Positions 29,057 to 37,415 of a DNA stretch of 64,000 nucleotides are shown here, in pieces (position 1 is the first letter of the stretch; each line of letters starts with the position of its first letter). A model generated the notes under the pieces. That model did no database searches. It was given only the letters and a program-made list of their open reading frames with translations, and was not told the origin of the DNA. Source of the DNA: an uncultured Pirellulales bacterium. GTDB lineage: Bacteria > Planctomycetota > Phycisphaerae > Sedimentisphaerales > SM23-30. The DNA lies in NCBI GenBank assembly GCA_964482555.1, contig CAYZXY010000011.1:984-64983 (forward strand), in the 5' to 3' direction. A program made the translations under genes and the position numbers.

Positions 29057-31167
29057 CAGGCTGGTCTATATTTTTTCAGTTGCTGGGTCTTGCGGAATCC
29101 GAGGCGACGAACTATTATCGCCTGCTCGGTCTCCCGTCCCGCGATTGCCGGGCGGAACAGGTGGACCTGGCCTTTCATCAACGCCGTCAGCAATTACGGC
29201 AGGCGATTCCAGGAGCCAGCTTTCTGCCGTTGCTGGCCAGGTTTGAGAAGGAGTGTCTGGAGACTGCCGCTGCGGTGCTTAAAGATCCCGCCAGGAAGGC
29301 CGTTTATGACCGGCGATTGGAAGCTGTGCCGGTGATTTATTCCCCGCAAGAGATTCAGGCGATGCGGATGGCGGCGATTCGTATGGGACATCAGAAGGTG
29401 TCAGCCCGATTGCTGCCGGACGGGACCTTGCCGCTGGAGCATAAACTGCCGCTGGCGGCAGAATTAAGGCAGCTTGGCTTCTCGCCAGGGGATATTGAGG
29501 TGCTGTTTTCAGGCCTCAGTCGCCAAAGGACCGCCAGAGAGGAAGGGCCGCCGGCAACGGTGACTAAAGAAACAGGTTGGGATGATGCCGATGAGGATGT
29601 TGAAGGGGATAAGGCGAAACAGAAGGAGGTGGACGGTGTAGCCTTATCGAGTAAAAAGGGGACAGGTTTATCTCCGGGCCGTTTGATGAAATGGCTTTTA
29701 GGTACAAGCATTCCTCTTGCGTTTATGGCATTGTTTCTGATGTTTCTCCAGCATCTGGTCCGGCCGCCGGCACCGCAGCGGGATGCCACGGAGACGCCCA
29801 TTACCCGTCAGGAAGAACCGGAAGTGACCGCGCCGCCTGTCACGGCAGACGCGGCTCCGTCTGTCAGTAAGGTCAAACCTGTCGTGCCGCCTGCGAGCGA
29901 CGAAGTGGAGAAAACCGTACCGGATGAAGGGACTGATTTGTCGCCGCTGCTGGCCGGTTTGCGAGAAAGTTACACATTCAGCGACAATGCGGGTTATCTG
30001 CTGGCCGATCTGGCGTTGACGAATCTGGTGATGTATGAGCAGATCGTACGGCTGGTGTATGATGATCTGGTATTTACGGACGGGGCATCTCATATACTGG
30101 CAGCGAACAGCCGCAACGAACGGATGAGTCTGTTGTTCCGCGGGGATGAATTCTTGCCGCGGACCAGCTCAGAGCCGGCTTTGATTCTGGCCGAAGAAGT
30201 GAACTATTTTGAATCGCTCAAAGAAAAGCTGGAATCTAATGAAAAGGCTGTTGTTTATCAGGCAATCAAGGAACTGGAGATTGTCAACAACGATCAGGCC
30301 GTGTCCCTGCTGCTGGAAACCCTGAAGAATACGCAAACGCTACGGCTTTCGGTCAATACGCGTATTCTGCGCGCGATGGAAAGGATGGATCATCCCCGGG
30401 TACAGACCGACTTGATCAATCTGCTGGCCAATGCCCCGCCGGCCCTGATTCATCCGCTTACCCGGACGTTGGCACGGATGAACGGTTTCGATGAGAATCC
30501 TCCGCGTGATTTTGCGGGACTGCTGCCTTATCGGTACAATCTCAATCAACTCCAGGAATGCATCAGCTGGTGGCAGTATTACGAAATGCAGCGAATCCGG
30601 CAAACGTCTTATCCGCAGCCATCTGCAAGGCCGGGAAGACAGTCGCTGCTTTCGGTTCGTTCTCTGGCGTTTTCGGCCAGGTTGCTGCAGGATTCTGTCC
30701 GTACGCTGGAGCAGTTTTCGTGGGAGGGCCGCAATGCCGCGGCCGGCTTCTCCGTGTCCCCATATAATCCGGGCTCCACTGTCTCGGATCCCTACGAGGG
30801 GATGAAAGATGCGCTGAAACAGATGAATGACCATTTACTGCGACTGGCCCGGACGCACCCGCGATGCGGTGAATTTGCTGCGGCGATTGATATCATCGAA
30901 TGCGAATTGCGAAACCGTCGACTGATTGCGGATACGGTTTATAAGAGCATGGCCGGTGAACTGGACGGCATCAACCGGCTTCTTGTGGTTATTATCAGTC
31001 AGTTGAATGGTGATGATGCATATGCAGAAAAAGTTGATGCCCTGGGCAGGGAGTTTGCCCCGGGAGTTAACAAAGAATTTAACCTGACGGGAATTCGCCA
31101 GCGATGTTTTTACGGCTGCCGCTTGTGGGAACTGTTCGCAGGAATTCATGGAAACAATGGCCAATGA
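29053..31167 (+). CDS. Membrane protein with N-terminal J-domain-like region (no HPD) and HEAT-like repeats
   Basis: 'NYYRLLGL...AAAVLKDPARKAVYD' brackets a J-like fold; one TM, a Pro-rich linker and HEAT-like repeats. ATGA coupling on both sides. Confidence 0.6.
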   Translation: MTGWSIFFQLLGLAESEATNYYRLLGLPSRDCRAEQVDLAFHQRRQQLRQAIPGASFLPLLARFEKECLETAAAVLKDPARKAVYDRRLEAVPVIYSPQEIQAMRMAAIRMGHQKVSARLLPDGTLPLEHKLPLAAELRQLGFSPGDIEVLFSGLSRQRTAREEGPPATVTKETGWDDADEDVEGDKAKQKEVDGVALSSKKGTGLSPGRLMKWLLGTSIPLAFMALFLMFLQHLVRPPAPQRDATETPITRQEEPEVTAPPVTADAAPSVSKVKPVVPPASDEVEKTVPDEGTDLSPLLAGLRESYTFSDNAGYLLADLALTNLVMYEQIVRLVYDDLVFTDGASHILAANSRNERMSLLFRGDEFLPRTSSEPALILAEEVNYFESLKEKLESNEKAVVYQAIKELEIVNNDQAVSLLLETLKNTQTLRLSVNTRILRAMERMDHPRVQTDLINLLANAPPALIHPLTRTLARMNGFDENPPRDFAGLLPYRYNLNQLQECISWWQYYEMQRIRQTSYPQPSARPGRQSLLSVRSLAFSARLLQDSVRTLEQFSWEGRNAAAGFSVSPYNPGSTVSDPYEGMKDALKQMNDHLLRLARTHPRCGEFAAAIDIIECELRNRRLIADTVYKSMAGELDGINRLLVVIISQLNGDDAYAEKVDALGREFAPGVNKEFNLTGIRQRCFYGCRLWELFAGIHGNNGQ

Positions 31168-31859
31168 AAAACCTTATTATGAAAAACAGATATTATTTAA
31201 TCTGGGCATTTGTACTGGTAATGCTGATTCCTGAGATGTTTGGTGAATCCACGACCGAAACGTCCGGGTTGTCACTTGGGCGGCAACTGGAAGTCGACCC
31301 ATTCAACCTGCAACTTGTGGGCCGGCTCCGCCAACAGCGATTGCAGGAGCAGGAGCAGGACCGTTATGCCTTTGTTTCATTCCTTCGAGGCTTACGTGCC
31401 TGTCGACAGAACGAACCGGAGCTGGCCGTCAAATGGCTGGCCATCGCTCAGACCTCACCGCGAATCCGCCGCCTGCACAAGGCTTTTGTTTCCATCGAAC
31501 TGGATAAAATACTGACGATGGCCGGAGTAGCTGCCCGACAGGCGGAGTGCGCCAACTGCGGCGGACGGCATGAACTGGATTGCCCGCAATGCCGGGGTGT
31601 GGGCTGGTTTCAATGTCCGCGCTGCCGGGGGGCGGGAAAAGTCTTGCAGGCCGGTTCCGCCACGCCGCAGGATTGTCCAGTCTGTTATGGCAGCGGTATC
31701 GCGGAATGCTCCCGGTGCCGGAGCGCCGGCGTCATTGATTGTCCGGATTGTCAGCTCGTATGGCTTACGCCGCGACTTGACGAAGAAATCGATCAGTTAC
31801 TGACGCTGATAAGCTATCTGCCGTCGCTGGAGGCGATGGAATTTGCGCTCCAGCGTTGA
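31164..31859 (+). CDS. Exported protein with DnaJ-type CxxCxGxG zinc-finger repeats
   Basis: Signal peptide; CANCGG, CPQCRGVG, CPRCRGAG, CPVCYGSG, CSRCRSAG, CPDC. Confidence 0.75.
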   Translation: MKNLIMKNRYYLIWAFVLVMLIPEMFGESTTETSGLSLGRQLEVDPFNLQLVGRLRQQRLQEQEQDRYAFVSFLRGLRACRQNEPELAVKWLAIAQTSPRIRRLHKAFVSIELDKILTMAGVAARQAECANCGGRHELDCPQCRGVGWFQCPRCRGAGKVLQAGSATPQDCPVCYGSGIAECSRCRSAGVIDCPDCQLVWLTPRLDEEIDQLLTLISYLPSLEAMEFALQR

Positions 31860-32914
31860 AAGGCTTCATTATTCGATAGCGCCTCTGCCAGGACAGCGTA
31901 ACCTGCCGCTGTCGGGTGGCTCTGGTCGGCAAACAACTCTGCCGGAAGTGCGGGAGAAATAAAATAAGGCACAGCGTCCGTTTTCAGGGAAATTTCTATT
32001 TGCGCCAGCACGTCCAGAAAGACATCATGATTTGTGTCTGTCATGCTCGCTCTACACCAGGGAGTAATCATAATGAAGACCGCATTTTCATTCTGGCGTA
32101 AAAGCTCAGCTGTTCGCAGAAAAAACGCCCATTGTAATGATTCCTCCGGCATAACCCAGGGATAATTCTGCCTCATACGGGGCGAGTGTTTTTTTTCTAT
32201 GGAGATGACGGTTGTGTCGTTTTCAATATCGGCCTGCTCCAATAACGGCTTCTGAGGATGATCGTCAGGATGTTTCAACGTCCAGACCGGTGGGGCTGCG
32301 TTGTTGTAATAACGCTGCCGGATATGTGCCGTCCATTGGAGAAAACTGCTTGATTTCATCAATACTCTTTCCAGTCGTATTGACACCTTAGCCTGATAAG
32401 CCGGTATGTCCTCTCCAAATTGCGGCAGCAGGGCTGGATGGTTGATGTTTCCTTCACTGGATTCCCGCAGGTTATGCCGTGGGCTGCTCAGCCACAAGGG
32501 ATTGAAGCACAGTAAAATTTTCCGCTCCCGCAGATCTTTTTCGCACGTCCGCAGCAAACCATATTGCGCCGCCGGGTGCAGACCTTGCCTTCCCAGATTG
32601 CTGAATACCCCCTCTCCGGCGAGCTGGTTTAGCCGGCAGCTTAATGTCTCGTCCTGTTTTACGTAATGCCCCCAGACGAACGAATCGCCCAGAACCAATC
32701 GCTTTGCCGTATCGTCGGACGGGTGTACCTGACGTCGAAAATTCCAGATATCCCCGCTCAATGCGTAAGGAACACGATAATTGGCTGTCGGATTGAAACG
32801 AACAACCGTTCCATACAGCCACGGCAGCAGAACATACGCCGCAGCGCAATGCCCCCATACTACGGCCCATTGCCGGGGGGGTAATGTCAAACTGTATTTC
32901 TTTACGGATTTCAT
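31814..32914 (-). CDS. SGNH-like (DltD/AlgJ/PatB-like) partner of the MBOAT
   Basis: 'LGDSFVWG' and C-terminal 'DQSH' catalytic-like motifs; directly downstream of the MBOAT gene. Confidence 0.65.
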   Translation of the reverse strand: MKSVKKYSLTLPPRQWAVVWGHCAAAYVLLPWLYGTVVRFNPTANYRVPYALSGDIWNFRRQVHPSDDTAKRLVLGDSFVWGHYVKQDETLSCRLNQLAGEGVFSNLGRQGLHPAAQYGLLRTCEKDLRERKILLCFNPLWLSSPRHNLRESSEGNINHPALLPQFGEDIPAYQAKVSIRLERVLMKSSSFLQWTAHIRQRYYNNAAPPVWTLKHPDDHPQKPLLEQADIENDTTVISIEKKHSPRMRQNYPWVMPEESLQWAFFLRTAELLRQNENAVFIMITPWCRASMTDTNHDVFLDVLAQIEISLKTDAVPYFISPALPAELFADQSHPTAAGYAVLAEALSNNEAFQRWSANSIASSDGR

Positions 32915-32915
32915 A

Positions 32916-34292
32916 TTAAAACCGGTAATATATAAAGGTTCTCTCAGTTATTCCGCCGCATAAAAACAGGTAGAGTATCATCCCAGTCATAAAACCGATG
33001 CGTACAAGCGGATGCTCCAGGATGTGTCGCAATCGCGACTCACTCAGCAGTTCATATCCCCATGCCGCCATCATGAGCCAAATCATAAACACCGGCATTC
33101 TCGTATCCTGCCAGCTGAATGATGATATGCCGGCAGCAATTTGCGACATCTGCTGCCAGTTATCTGCCCGAAACAGTATCCAGCCACACGTCACCAGAAT
33201 AAAAGTCCAGACGATTTTGACCAGCGACGGTATCCTGTCCCGATACCACCGGCTGTTCTCCAGACCGCGCAGCAGGCACAGCAATATACCATGATAGGCT
33301 CCCCATAGCACAAACGTCCACCCGGCGCCATGCCATAATCCCGAGACCAGCATTACCAGCATGAGGTTACGGACCGTCACCATGCTGCCGGCACGGCTGC
33401 CCCCCAGCGGCAAATAGAGATAATCTCTAAACCAGGTTGACAGGCTGATATGCCAGCGATGCCAGAACTCACGCAATCCCTTTGCCAGATATGGTCGGTT
33501 AAAATTCTCCATGATCTCAAAGCCCAGCAGCCGCGCAATCCCCCGGGCCATGTCCGTATAACCGCTGAAATCGAAATAAATCTGCCAGCCAAACGCCATT
33601 GTCGCCAGCAGCAGCGCGGGCCCCGCAAAAGCGTCGGGATTTCCATACACTTTATCGACATACAACGCGAAATAATCCGCCAGGGCAACCTTTTTGAATA
33701 TTCCCTTAATAAAAAGGCTCAAGCCCTCCGCGAGATCGCCCGCTGTAAAGTGCTTATCTTGCTTGAATTGCGGCAGCAGGTGTCCCGCCCGCTCGATCGG
33801 TCCTGCCGGGAGAATCGGGAAAAATCCCACAAAGACGGCATACTGAATGAAATCCCGCTGCTGGTTCACCTTTCCCCGATAGCAGTCAATCACATACGCC
33901 ATCGACTTTAAAATGAAGAAAGATAACCCCACCGGCAGTAAGAATCCCGGCAGTTTCACCACCCATGGCGAATTTGCCGCTATCAGTGCGGTGTTTAAAC
34001 TTTCCACCAGGAAAAAACTGTACTTGAAAATCGCCAGCATCAGCAGTTGATTGACTATACTGACAATCAGCCAGCTTTTTTTATGGGGACTGCGGGCCAT
34101 CCTCGCCGTCATCCGGAAATCAACCAGCGTGACATATCCCATTATTACCGGATATGCCGGATGCCACCATCCGTAAAAGACATAAGAAACCAGCAGCAGC
34201 CAGATGTTGCGCCATCGATTATTTCTGACCGGCCAGTATGCCAGCAGCACCGCCCCCAGAAAAAACGCAAACAGCCAGCTATGAAATAACAT
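32916..34292 (-). CDS. MBOAT family O-acyltransferase (AlgI/PatA/DltB-like)
   Basis: 'LPVGLSFF', 'AGPIER', 'QIYFDFSGYTDMA', 'ENFNRPY', 'FWHRWHISLSTWFRDYLY', 'GLWHG'. Confidence 0.93.
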   Translation of the reverse strand: MLFHSWLFAFFLGAVLLAYWPVRNNRWRNIWLLLVSYVFYGWWHPAYPVIMGYVTLVDFRMTARMARSPHKKSWLIVSIVNQLLMLAIFKYSFFLVESLNTALIAANSPWVVKLPGFLLPVGLSFFILKSMAYVIDCYRGKVNQQRDFIQYAVFVGFFPILPAGPIERAGHLLPQFKQDKHFTAGDLAEGLSLFIKGIFKKVALADYFALYVDKVYGNPDAFAGPALLLATMAFGWQIYFDFSGYTDMARGIARLLGFEIMENFNRPYLAKGLREFWHRWHISLSTWFRDYLYLPLGGSRAGSMVTVRNLMLVMLVSGLWHGAGWTFVLWGAYHGILLCLLRGLENSRWYRDRIPSLVKIVWTFILVTCGWILFRADNWQQMSQIAAGISSFSWQDTRMPVFMIWLMMAAWGYELLSESRLRHILEHPLVRIGFMTGMILYLFLCGGITERTFIYYRF

Positions 34293-34368
34293 CATTTCTC
34301 CGGAAGGTAACTGATGCCGATAACCACTCATCAGGAATTAACAGCTTGAGAATCTATGACATGTCGGG

Positions 34369-35412
34369 CTATTTGCCCAGATTCCCCCGGTCATAGACAA
34401 TCATCACTTTTCGCAGCAATATATAATACCGTCCCTGATATCGTGTGATCATACCGGAGATGCGAAATTTAAACTGTCGTGACCGTTGCATCTTGTTTTT
34501 CAACACGGCCAGCAGCATATTCGGATGAACGATAACCGGCGGTTCATCAAAGGCTTCACTCTGTGATTCAAAAATGATCTTGTAAGTATTATCATTAAAA
34601 TCAAAGTTCAGTCGTCCCACGCGGTCCTTGATGTGCACACCCTCGCGCCATTCTTTCTTTTCCGTTCCGATGCCGCCTCGAATACCGCCGTCGGAAGCGG
34701 GTTCTGTTTTGCTCCCGCCTTCGAGCGTTTCGTTTTCCGTCTCCAGGGTATGTGATCTGGGGATCGCCAGCAGCATTTCCCGCATATTTTCCGACAGGTT
34801 CACATTGTCTGGTGCATCGTCCGGTTTATTTTCTTCTTCTTCTTCTTCTTGTACGCCGTAGATACGGTTCAGAATACTCGAACGGCCGGCAGTATTATCG
34901 CTTTTGCCGTTTTGGCCAGCGTTGCCAAAAAGATACAGTGTATCGACTCGCGTCGGCAGGATATAATTTCGTTTGTTATAGGTTGTGATTTCTCCCCAGA
35001 CACGATAAACGATTGACATATTGGTTTCTTTGGCTGATAACTTCGTCATCGACGTCAGCCATTTTCCCGGCAGCACTTCAATGGGCCAGCTGTATTCGTT
35101 TTGCGATTCATTATTCTCATTTTTTTGCGTTTCAGTTATGATGGGTTCTACGGTGGTTATTCGCGTGTCCGGTTTCATATCCTGCGGCAGCTTGAAAAGC
35201 AGGAACCAGCGGCCGTCTTCGGGATGCTGCGCCAGTTTAGCCTTTTGTTCGATTATCAGATAGCCTTCCCGCAGCAGCGGCACCTTAATTCGCGATTTTT
35301 GCGGCGTAGCCGACGTATCCTTTTCGTCGCTGACCGGGCTTTGGGCTGATAACATAACGCTTGAATACAAAAGCGCGAAACAGACTAAAACTCCATTTTT
35401 AAATAATCGCAT
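34369..35412 (-). CDS. Exported hypothetical protein with two similar beta-rich domains
   Basis: Signal peptide and GGAG RBS; internal duplication visible (see findings). Confidence 0.7.
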   Translation of the reverse strand: MRLFKNGVLVCFALLYSSVMLSAQSPVSDEKDTSATPQKSRIKVPLLREGYLIIEQKAKLAQHPEDGRWFLLFKLPQDMKPDTRITTVEPIITETQKNENNESQNEYSWPIEVLPGKWLTSMTKLSAKETNMSIVYRVWGEITTYNKRNYILPTRVDTLYLFGNAGQNGKSDNTAGRSSILNRIYGVQEEEEEENKPDDAPDNVNLSENMREMLLAIPRSHTLETENETLEGGSKTEPASDGGIRGGIGTEKKEWREGVHIKDRVGRLNFDFNDNTYKIIFESQSEAFDEPPVIVHPNMLLAVLKNKMQRSRQFKFRISGMITRYQGRYYILLRKVMIVYDRGNLGK

Positions 35413-35488
35413 ATCTTATCTCCATGTATTCCTTACCGCACAGCATCGGAATCGAAGCGGATATGGCAAAAAATACCACAAACTCTAT

Positions 35489-36028
35489 TTATTGACTTTT
35501 ACTGAAATACTTTTTCAAATATCGTACCACATCTTGTGCTGAATACGCAAAATGAATGCTTTTTCCATCCGATTCGCCGGCAGCCACAATCGTTTCCACC
35601 ACAATCTTCCAATAGTCGGTCATACATATTATCGGAACATTCTGCAGAAAACGTTTATTAGTCAATTCCCAAATTGCCGCCAATTCCAGTAATGTCCCGG
35701 TACCGCCGGGAAGGACGATGTACCCATCGCCGATTTCGATGAGCCGGTTCAGCCGTTCCATGAGATGTGACGTTTGTATCTCATTTATAATGAAAGGGTT
35801 AGGCCCTGATCGGCCGAACTGGGAACAGGTAATGCCGGTGATGCCGACTGGTTGGTCGGAAAAGGCGGCCCCTTCGGCGGATGCCGTCATGATCCCGTCG
35901 TAACCGCCGTTAACTATGGAGTAGCCTTCATTGGCCAGACAATAGCCGATTTCATAAGCCATGTGATACTCTTCACTAAGAGGCGCAGGTTTTGACGATC
36001 CGAAAATAGCGATGGTTTTTTGCTTCAT
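35489..36028 (-). CDS. LOG-family (Rossmann-fold, lysine-decarboxylase-like) protein
   Basis: 'IAIFGSS', 'NGGYDGIMTASAEGA', 'PGGTGTLLEL'. Confidence 0.88.
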   Translation of the reverse strand: MKQKTIAIFGSSKPAPLSEEYHMAYEIGYCLANEGYSIVNGGYDGIMTASAEGAAFSDQPVGITGITCSQFGRSGPNPFIINEIQTSHLMERLNRLIEIGDGYIVLPGGTGTLLELAAIWELTNKRFLQNVPIICMTDYWKIVVETIVAAGESDGKSIHFAYSAQDVVRYLKKYFSKSQ

Positions 36029-36305
36029 AAATTATCCTTAAGGGCCGTCCAGGTTATAAGGAGACGATTCTGTCTGTGCCGATTATGCGGATCAGGAAAA
36101 AGTTTTTAACAATTAAACTGTTGCTATTTTTACCATATTTGGGTAATGTATTGTATATTAAATGCATAAAGTCTGTGAAATTTTACAAAGGAGAGTTAAT
36201 TAAGCATTAAGGGAGAGAAAAGAAGGAGCGGTCATACACCTGTCTTTTTTTCAAAAATGGTATGTTTATACAGGGCAGTTTAAGCAATCCTATCAGGAGG
36301 ATATT

Positions 36306-37388
36306 ATGAAAAAGGCGGCAATACTGGGGTTAGTAATACTGGTGACAATGAATATGCATCTGTGGGCGAATGAGGAGGATCAGGCAATCGAGCCACTCAC
36401 GTCGGTCATTTTTGATGATCCCAATCTGGAACTGGCTGTGGAAAACAGGCTGGGGATTGAAGATCCCAATGAAACGGAGATGCTCGCGCTGACGGAATTG
36501 AGTGCGTCCAGTCTGGGCATCAGCAGTCTGGCCGGTCTGGAAACAGCCCTGAATCTGCAAAAGCTTTATCTCAATGATAATCAGATTACAGACCTTGAGC
36601 CTCTGGAAAATCTGACCCAGATGATCGAACTGGAACTGGGCAACAACCAGATCAGCGACCCTTGCGAACTTGCCAACATGACGGAATTGAAGGTCTTATT
36701 GCTATTTGAAAATCAGTTGTCCGATATTTCCGCCCTGGCGAATTTGACGAAATTGACAAATCTGAATTTGCAGGAAAATCAGATATCCTATCTGACGCCA
36801 ATGGCCGGTATGACAAAGCTGCTTCGCTGCAATCTGCAGAAAAACCAGATTGCGAATTTATCCGGACTGGAAAATTCGGTTGATATGCTGGCGTTGTTCC
36901 TAGATGAAAATGATATTGCGGACCTGAGCCCGTTGCAGAATATGACGAAACTCCAGCAGTTGCAGGTTGAGGACAATCAGGTCATAAGCGTAGAACCGTT
37001 GCAGAATCTGCACAGTCTGGTATTCCTGGTTCTTGCCCGTAATGATATTAATGATATTTCGACACTGGCCGACAGTGCCTTTAATAAGTACTCTGTTGTC
37101 AACCTGCTTTTCAATCCATTGGAACCGAAGGCCTATTGTGAATCTTTGCCGGCGATCAAAGTGAATAATCCCGGGGCCAATGTGTTTCCGTCTGCTGCCG
37201 ATAGTCCCTTCGCCATTCTGCAGGATTGCATGGGATCCATCGAGGATCTGGAAGTGATCGCATCTTTCTGGTTGAGCGATTGTGACGCAGAAGATTTATG
37301 CGGCGGCACCGATCTCGACCGCAGCGGACGTATTGACCTGGACGATATCGATCTGTTCACCGAATTCTGGTTTTCAGGTGCGCCGTAA
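36306..37388 (+). CDS. Exported internalin-like leucine-rich repeat protein with C-terminal dockerin/EF-hand-like motif
   Basis: Signal peptide, cap 'FDDPNLELAV', 22-aa LRRs 'LxxLxLxxNQIxDLxPL', terminal 'DLDRSGRIDLDDIDLFTEFW'. AGGAGG RBS. Confidence 0.88.
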   Translation: MKKAAILGLVILVTMNMHLWANEEDQAIEPLTSVIFDDPNLELAVENRLGIEDPNETEMLALTELSASSLGISSLAGLETALNLQKLYLNDNQITDLEPLENLTQMIELELGNNQISDPCELANMTELKVLLLFENQLSDISALANLTKLTNLNLQENQISYLTPMAGMTKLLRCNLQKNQIANLSGLENSVDMLALFLDENDIADLSPLQNMTKLQQLQVEDNQVISVEPLQNLHSLVFLVLARNDINDISTLADSAFNKYSVVNLLFNPLEPKAYCESLPAIKVNNPGANVFPSAADSPFAILQDCMGSIEDLEVIASFWLSDCDAEDLCGGTDLDRSGRIDLDDIDLFTEFWFSGAP

Positions 37389-37415
37389 AGCCGGTCCCGC
37401 TTACGGAGCTACCGA

